NCBI GenBank assembly: GCA_046861655.1
Contig: JBHIAI010000057.1
Coordinates: 1-10,852, forward strand
Origin: Fidelibacterota bacterium
GTDB taxonomy: Bacteria > Fidelibacterota > Marinisomatia > Marinisomatales > S15-B10
Reading direction: 5' to 3'
Length of the DNA: 10,852 nucleotides
A model generated the notes under the pieces. That model worked only from the letters and a program-made list of their open reading frames with translations, did no database searches and was not told where the DNA came from. Made by a program: the position numbers and the translations under genes. Below are positions 6,679-10,852 of the stretch, one piece after another; position 1 is the stretch's first letter, and every line of letters begins with the position of its first letter.

Positions 6679-7848
6679 GTGAACCTTAGGTCAAGAATCC
6701 TACGGTCGTTCAATCAGCGTTTCCGCAGGGAACCTTCCCTGCTCGTCCGGGCGCCAGGCAGAATCAACCTCATCGGTGAACATACGGACTACAACCTGGG
6801 CTACGTCCTGCCCACGGCCATAAACCGCTGGGTCATGGTGGGACTTTCCTCCCGGTCTGACCACCGGTGCCATGTGTTCGCCACAGATTATGACCAGAAA
6901 GATTCCTTTGCCCTCAAGTCCATTCAGAAACATCAAGAATATCTCTGGGCCAACATCGTCCGGGGAGTTGCCCGGATTCTTGCGGACCAGGGGACCCCAA
7001 CGGGGTTCAACGCCGTTATCACGGGTACCATACCCATCGGCAGCGGTCTTTCATCCTCAGCGGCCGCGGAGGTGGCCATGGCCACAGGTTTGAGTGCCCT
7101 CTGGAACCTGAATGTTGAGGGCCCTTCCCTGGCCCGGCTGTGCAACCGGGTTGAACGGGAGTTTCTCGGAATCATGAGTGGGATCATGGACCCGTTTGTG
7201 TCCGCCCTGGGCAAGTCGGGTCACGCCATCTTCCTGGACTGCAGGGATCTATCTTACCGGTATATTCCCCTGCCCCTGGATGACTATCACCTGGGGGTGG
7301 TGAATCCCCTGATCCCCAGGGACCTGGCCCGGTCTCCTTACAATCAAAGAGTCCAGGAGTGCCGGGAGGCGGTGGAGATTATACGGAAAACGGGCCGCTC
7401 CGTGACCTCACCCAGGGACGTCACCTGGGAAATCCTGAAAGAATCGGAAACACAATTGGGGCCTGTTCTTTTCCGCCGCCTCAGGCATGTCATCTCTGAA
7501 AATGAACGGACCGTGAAAGCGGTGGACCATCTCACGAACGTCCGGGTCTCCAGTTTTGGGGCTCTCCTGTACGACTCCCACGCAAGCCTCCGTGATGACT
7601 TCGAGGTCAGCTGTGAGGAGTTGGACACCCTGGTATCCCTTTGTTCGGACAGCGGGGGGTATTGTCTGGGTGCCCGGATGGTAGGAGGTGGGTTCGGAGG
7701 ATGCGTCATGGCTCTGGTTAAGAGGGAACGGTGGACACCTTTCACCCGGACCGTCTCCCAAGGATACCGGTCCAGGTTCGGTAGCACCCCGGAGATCCTC
7801 CGGCTGAAAGCCTCCGCGGGTGTCCACACCATTCGAGAATTATGGTGA
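6679..7848 (+). CDS. galK: galactokinase (GHMP kinase family), 389 aa
   Basis: Galactokinase signature APGRINLIGEHTDYN, ATP-binding loop PIGSGLSSSAA, GIMD motif, YNQR..EC, SHASLRDDFEVSCEELD and GARMVGGGFGGC. GTG start, with GAGGA about 15 nt upstream. Confidence 0.93.
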   Translation: MNLRSRILRSFNQRFRREPSLLVRAPGRINLIGEHTDYNLGYVLPTAINRWVMVGLSSRSDHRCHVFATDYDQKDSFALKSIQKHQEYLWANIVRGVARILADQGTPTGFNAVITGTIPIGSGLSSSAAAEVAMATGLSALWNLNVEGPSLARLCNRVEREFLGIMSGIMDPFVSALGKSGHAIFLDCRDLSYRYIPLPLDDYHLGVVNPLIPRDLARSPYNQRVQECREAVEIIRKTGRSVTSPRDVTWEILKESETQLGPVLFRRLRHVISENERTVKAVDHLTNVRVSSFGALLYDSHASLRDDFEVSCEELDTLVSLCSDSGGYCLGARMVGGGFGGCVMALVKRERWTPFTRTVSQGYRSRFGSTPEILRLKASAGVHTIRELW

Positions 7849-7882
7849 TTTTCTTGCAGGAAAACCAGAGATTCCCTCGGTT

Positions 7883-8953
7883 ATGGCGACGGTAAACTTT
7901 TCACACGTGGTCAAGCGGTTCCAGGGTACGCTGGCCGTTCACGACTTCGCCCTCGAGGTAAGGGACGGAGAATTCCTGGTCCTGGTAGGTCCTTCGGGGT
8001 GCGGCAAGACCACCTTGTTGAGATTGTTGGCGGGGCTGGAAGAACCGGACAAGGGGGATATTTTCATCGATGGCAGACGGGTGAACGGCATCCCTTCCAA
8101 GGACAGGGATATCGCCATGGTGTTTCAGAACTATGCCCTGTATCCCCATATGGACGTGTACAACAACATGGCTTTTGGATTGAAGTTGAGAAAATACCCG
8201 AAGAAGGAGATTCAAAACCGGGTCAACGAGGCCGCAGAAATCCTCAAGATCACTCCCCTTCTGGACCGGAAGCCCAGGGCGATTTCCGGCGGCGAAAGGC
8301 AGCGGGCGGCCCTGGGCCGGGCCATCGTCCGCCATCCAAGGGTGTTCCTGTTTGACGAACCTCTGTCCAACCTGGACGCCAAACTGAGAGTTCAGATGAG
8401 GGCCGAGATCAAGAAGTTGCATTCTCAATTGAGGACCACCATGATCTATGTCACCCACGACCAGGTGGAGGCCATGACCATGGCCGACAGGATGGTCATC
8501 ATGAGGGATGGGGTAGTCCTGCAGGTGGGTTCACCCGGAGAAGTTTACGACTCCCCTGCCAACATGTTTGTGGCCGGGTTCATCGGGTCTCCGGCCATGA
8601 ACTTCATTCCGGGCACCTGGGACGGGTCCACGTTTTCTGCCGACAGCTTCGCCCTGAAACTGGGAGCGACACAAAAGCTGGGCGCTTATGCAGGTAAGGA
8701 CGTTGTTCTCGGGATTCGCCCTGAGGACATCAGTGTCACCGAATCTTCACAGGCGGACGCCGTTCTTCCCCTAACGGTAAGGGAACCTCTGGGATATGAA
8801 ACCCTGGTGCACGTGAGGGCAGGCGAGCGGGATCTGGTGGCAAAACTGCAGTCCTCGCGTCTGTCTGGCACAGAGACTGAATTACCCCTCCGGTTCGATC
8901 CCGGATCCCTCCATTTCTTCGATCCGGGAACGGGTGAGGCCCTCAGGACCTGA
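7883..8953 (+). CDS. carbohydrate ABC transporter ATP-binding subunit (MalK/MsmK/UgpC family), 356 aa
   Basis: Walker A GPSGCGKT, Q-loop VFQNYALYPHM, signature ISGGERQR, Walker B/D-loop FLFDEPLSNLDAKLR, H-loop YVTHDQVEAMT, FVAGFIGSPAMN and a C-terminal TOBE-like region (GIRPED). Start reassigned from 7820 to the ATG at 7883 (MATVNF), which matches the family N-terminus and removes the overlap with galK. Confidence 0.95.
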   Translation: MATVNFSHVVKRFQGTLAVHDFALEVRDGEFLVLVGPSGCGKTTLLRLLAGLEEPDKGDIFIDGRRVNGIPSKDRDIAMVFQNYALYPHMDVYNNMAFGLKLRKYPKKEIQNRVNEAAEILKITPLLDRKPRAISGGERQRAALGRAIVRHPRVFLFDEPLSNLDAKLRVQMRAEIKKLHSQLRTTMIYVTHDQVEAMTMADRMVIMRDGVVLQVGSPGEVYDSPANMFVAGFIGSPAMNFIPGTWDGSTFSADSFALKLGATQKLGAYAGKDVVLGIRPEDISVTESSQADAVLPLTVREPLGYETLVHVRAGERDLVAKLQSSRLSGTETELPLRFDPGSLHFFDPGTGEALRT

Positions 8954-8994
8954 CCTCCCCTCCTTCCGTCATCTCACAAGGGTTCAAATTGTAC

Positions 8995-9023
8995 TTGCTA
9001 AGTATGTCTTCTACAGTTACAAT
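8995..9023 (+). promoter_or_regulatory. sigma70-type promoter for nfeD-stomatin operon
   Basis: TTGCTA (8995-9000), a 17-nt spacer, then TACAAT (9018-9023). Shine-Dalgarno AAGGAG follows at 9029-9034, 6 nt before the TTG start. Confidence 0.7.
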
Positions 9024-9040
9024 TTCCGAAGGAGAATGCT

Positions 9041-10456
9041 TTGAACAAGGTTAGACCCTATCTCTCAATCCCGATCCTACTGTGGATCATCGCAGTGATC
9101 GCGTATTCTCAATCTTCACAGGGAGAGGACCCCCGGACAGACATCATCAAAAGGTTAACGAAAGAAGCTCAGCGAATCGGTGAGTCGTTCCAGACCCCGG
9201 CGGAAACGGACACCATTACCCAAAGAATATCTCCGGTCATTCACGTCATCACGGTAAACGGTGTCATCGGCCCCATTTCCTCCGACTTTATCCTGAAATC
9301 CATCCAGGAGGCTGAAAAGAAACAGGTGGAGTGTCTCATCATCCAGCTGGACACGCCCGGCGGCCTCATGGAGGCCATGAGAGATATCGTAAAAGCCGAA
9401 CTGGGCGCCGATGTGCCTGTTATCATGTATGTGGCTCCCGGGGGTGCCCGGGCCGCATCCGCCGGGGTGTTCATCACTCTGGCAGCTCATGTGGCCGCCA
9501 TGGCCCCAGGAACCAACATCGGTGCCGCCCATCCGGTCATGATGGGGGGAACCCCGGGAGGGGGTGCCGATACCAATCAGACCATGATGGACAAGATTAC
9601 CAATGATGCGGTAGCTTACATTCAATCCATAGCAGAGAAACGCGGCCGCAACGCGGAATGGGCCAAAGATGCCGTTCTAAACAGCGTTTCCATCACCGCC
9701 CGGGAGGCCCTGGAACTGGGAGTCATCGACACAGTGACCGCATCTTTGACAATCCTTGTAGCCTACCTGGACGGAAAGGAAGTGGAGATTCTGTCCGGGA
9801 AACAGATACTGGCCACCCGGAATGCTCTGGTAAAAGAAATCGATATGGGGTTCCGGTACCGGGTGCTGGACAAAATTACCAACCCCAATATCGCCTACCT
9901 ACTCCTCCTTCTGGGTGTCTATGGGATTCTGTTTGAACTGTCAAACCCGGGGGCTATTTTCCCTGGGGTACTCGGGGCCATTTCCCTGATTCTGGCATTC
10001 CTCGCATTTCAAATGCTGCCAATCAATTATGCCGGCCTGGCCCTCATGGCCCTCGGGGTGACTCTTTTTATTCTTGAAATCAACATAACCAGTTACGGAC
10101 TGTTGGCTATAGGCGGGATCGTTTCTCTTCTCCTGGGTTCCCTTATGCTGTTCGAACGGACAGAACCGCTCATGCGGGTTTCCTGGAAGGTGATCATACC
10201 GGCCCTGGGATTCACGATTCTGTTCTTTCTATTCGCCGTGGGCTTCGGGGTGAAAGCCCAGCGACGGACCCCCGTCACCGGGTCCTCTGGCCTGTTGGGC
10301 ATGACCGGCCTCACCCAAACCGATATCGACCCCCAGGGACAGGTGGCCGTCCATGGTGAAATCTGGAAGGCGGTTAGCGACAAGAAAATTCCCGCTGGCT
10401 CCAGCGTCCGTGTTGTGGAAGTTGAAGGCATGGTGCTCAAAGTGGAAAAGATTTAA
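9041..10456 (+). CDS. nfeD: long-form NfeD (membrane-bound ClpP-class serine protease, stomatin operon partner), 471 aa
   Basis: N-terminal hydrophobic signal. Protease domain motifs LDTPGGL, AASAG (catalytic Ser), MAPGTNIGAAHPV, DKITNDA (catalytic Lys) and RGRNAEWA. Multi-helix membrane domain (NPNIAYLLLLLGVYGILFELSNPG...). C-terminal OB-fold-like GQVAVHGEIWKA. TTG start with AAGGAG. Confidence 0.94.
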   Translation: MNKVRPYLSIPILLWIIAVIAYSQSSQGEDPRTDIIKRLTKEAQRIGESFQTPAETDTITQRISPVIHVITVNGVIGPISSDFILKSIQEAEKKQVECLIIQLDTPGGLMEAMRDIVKAELGADVPVIMYVAPGGARAASAGVFITLAAHVAAMAPGTNIGAAHPVMMGGTPGGGADTNQTMMDKITNDAVAYIQSIAEKRGRNAEWAKDAVLNSVSITAREALELGVIDTVTASLTILVAYLDGKEVEILSGKQILATRNALVKEIDMGFRYRVLDKITNPNIAYLLLLLGVYGILFELSNPGAIFPGVLGAISLILAFLAFQMLPINYAGLALMALGVTLFILEINITSYGLLAIGGIVSLLLGSLMLFERTEPLMRVSWKVIIPALGFTILFFLFAVGFGVKAQRRTPVTGSSGLLGMTGLTQTDIDPQGQVAVHGEIWKAVSDKKIPAGSSVRVVEVEGMVLKVEKI

Positions 10457-10474
10457 CACCTAAGGAGGCGCGAA

Positions 10475-10852
10475 ATGGAAAGAGTCATACCCTTCAGCGT
10501 CATCATCTTTCTTGCGGTGATGCTTATTGCCTCAGCCATCAGGATATTGCGCGAGTATGAACGGGGTGTGGTATTTCGACTGGGAAGACTGGCCCATGGA
10601 ATCGGACCTAGAGACGGACTGGCCACCGGTCCCGGACTTATCTTCCTCATACCCATCATCGATCGTATGGTCCGGGTCAGCCTGAGAACGGTGGTTCTGG
10701 ACGTCCCCCCCCAGGATGTCATCAGCCGGGATAACGTATCCCTGAAAGTGAACGCCGTCATCTTCTTCCGTGTCATGGATGCCGCCAAGGCAATTCTCGA
10801 GGTGGAAGACTACCATTTTGCCATCACTCAGATTGCTCAAACGACTCTTAGA
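10475..10852 (+). CDS. SPFH/band-7 stomatin-like (slipin) protein, truncated by window end
   Basis: Absent from the ORF track (no stop in window). TAAGGAGG at 10461-10468 precedes the ATG at 10475. Translation: [39 protein letters not shown]...[51 protein letters not shown]...TQIAQTTLR, which has typical stomatin motifs. It is the canonical neighbour of nfeD. Confidence 0.95.
   Translation, partial: MERVIPFSVIIFLAVMLIASAIRILREYERGVVFRLGRLAHGIGPRDGLATGPGLIFLIPIIDRMVRVSLRTVVLDVPPQDVISRDNVSLKVNAVIFFRVMDAAKAILEVEDYHFAITQIAQTTLR

Noticed and set aside
9036..9044. Mini-ORF ATG-CTT-TGA overlapping the nfeD TTG start
   Set aside because: The ATG is only 1 nt from the AAGGAG site, too close for efficient initiation. 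The TTG at 9041 has a normal 6-nt spacing.
6700..10840. Alternative-frame and antisense ORFs within galK, the ABC ATPase gene, nfeD and stomatin
   Set aside because: They are shadow ORFs of well-supported genes in GC-rich DNA and have no independent evidence.
9041..10852. nfeD-stomatin pair as a novel system
   Set aside because: This is a well-known, widely conserved prokaryotic operon.

Overview
Bacterial chromosomal window, probably from an FCB-superphylum lineage outside Bacteroidia (inference). The left half is one minus-strand ORF (5134 to the window edge, at least 1711 codons). The ORF track omits it, apparently because no stop falls inside the window. It encodes SprA/Sov, the type IX secretion system (T9SS) outer-membrane translocon. 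Upstream on the same strand is rdgB, driven by a near-consensus sigma70 promoter. Divergently on the + strand lie tRNA-Phe(GAA), a ~450-bp highly structured non-coding spacer, galK, an orphan MalK/MsmK/UgpC-type sugar ABC ATPase, and a separately promoted nfeD-stomatin (slipin) pair, with stomatin truncated by the window end. No mobile element, CRISPR array or defence system is visible. The most interesting unexplained signals are a ~140-nt rod-like fold plus a 12-bp hairpin downstream of the tRNA, a family of intergenic TCCCG...CGGGA palindromes (one directly upstream of the sprA start codon), and SprA in a host with canonical Shine-Dalgarno and -35/-10 signals. I found no clearly new multi-gene system.
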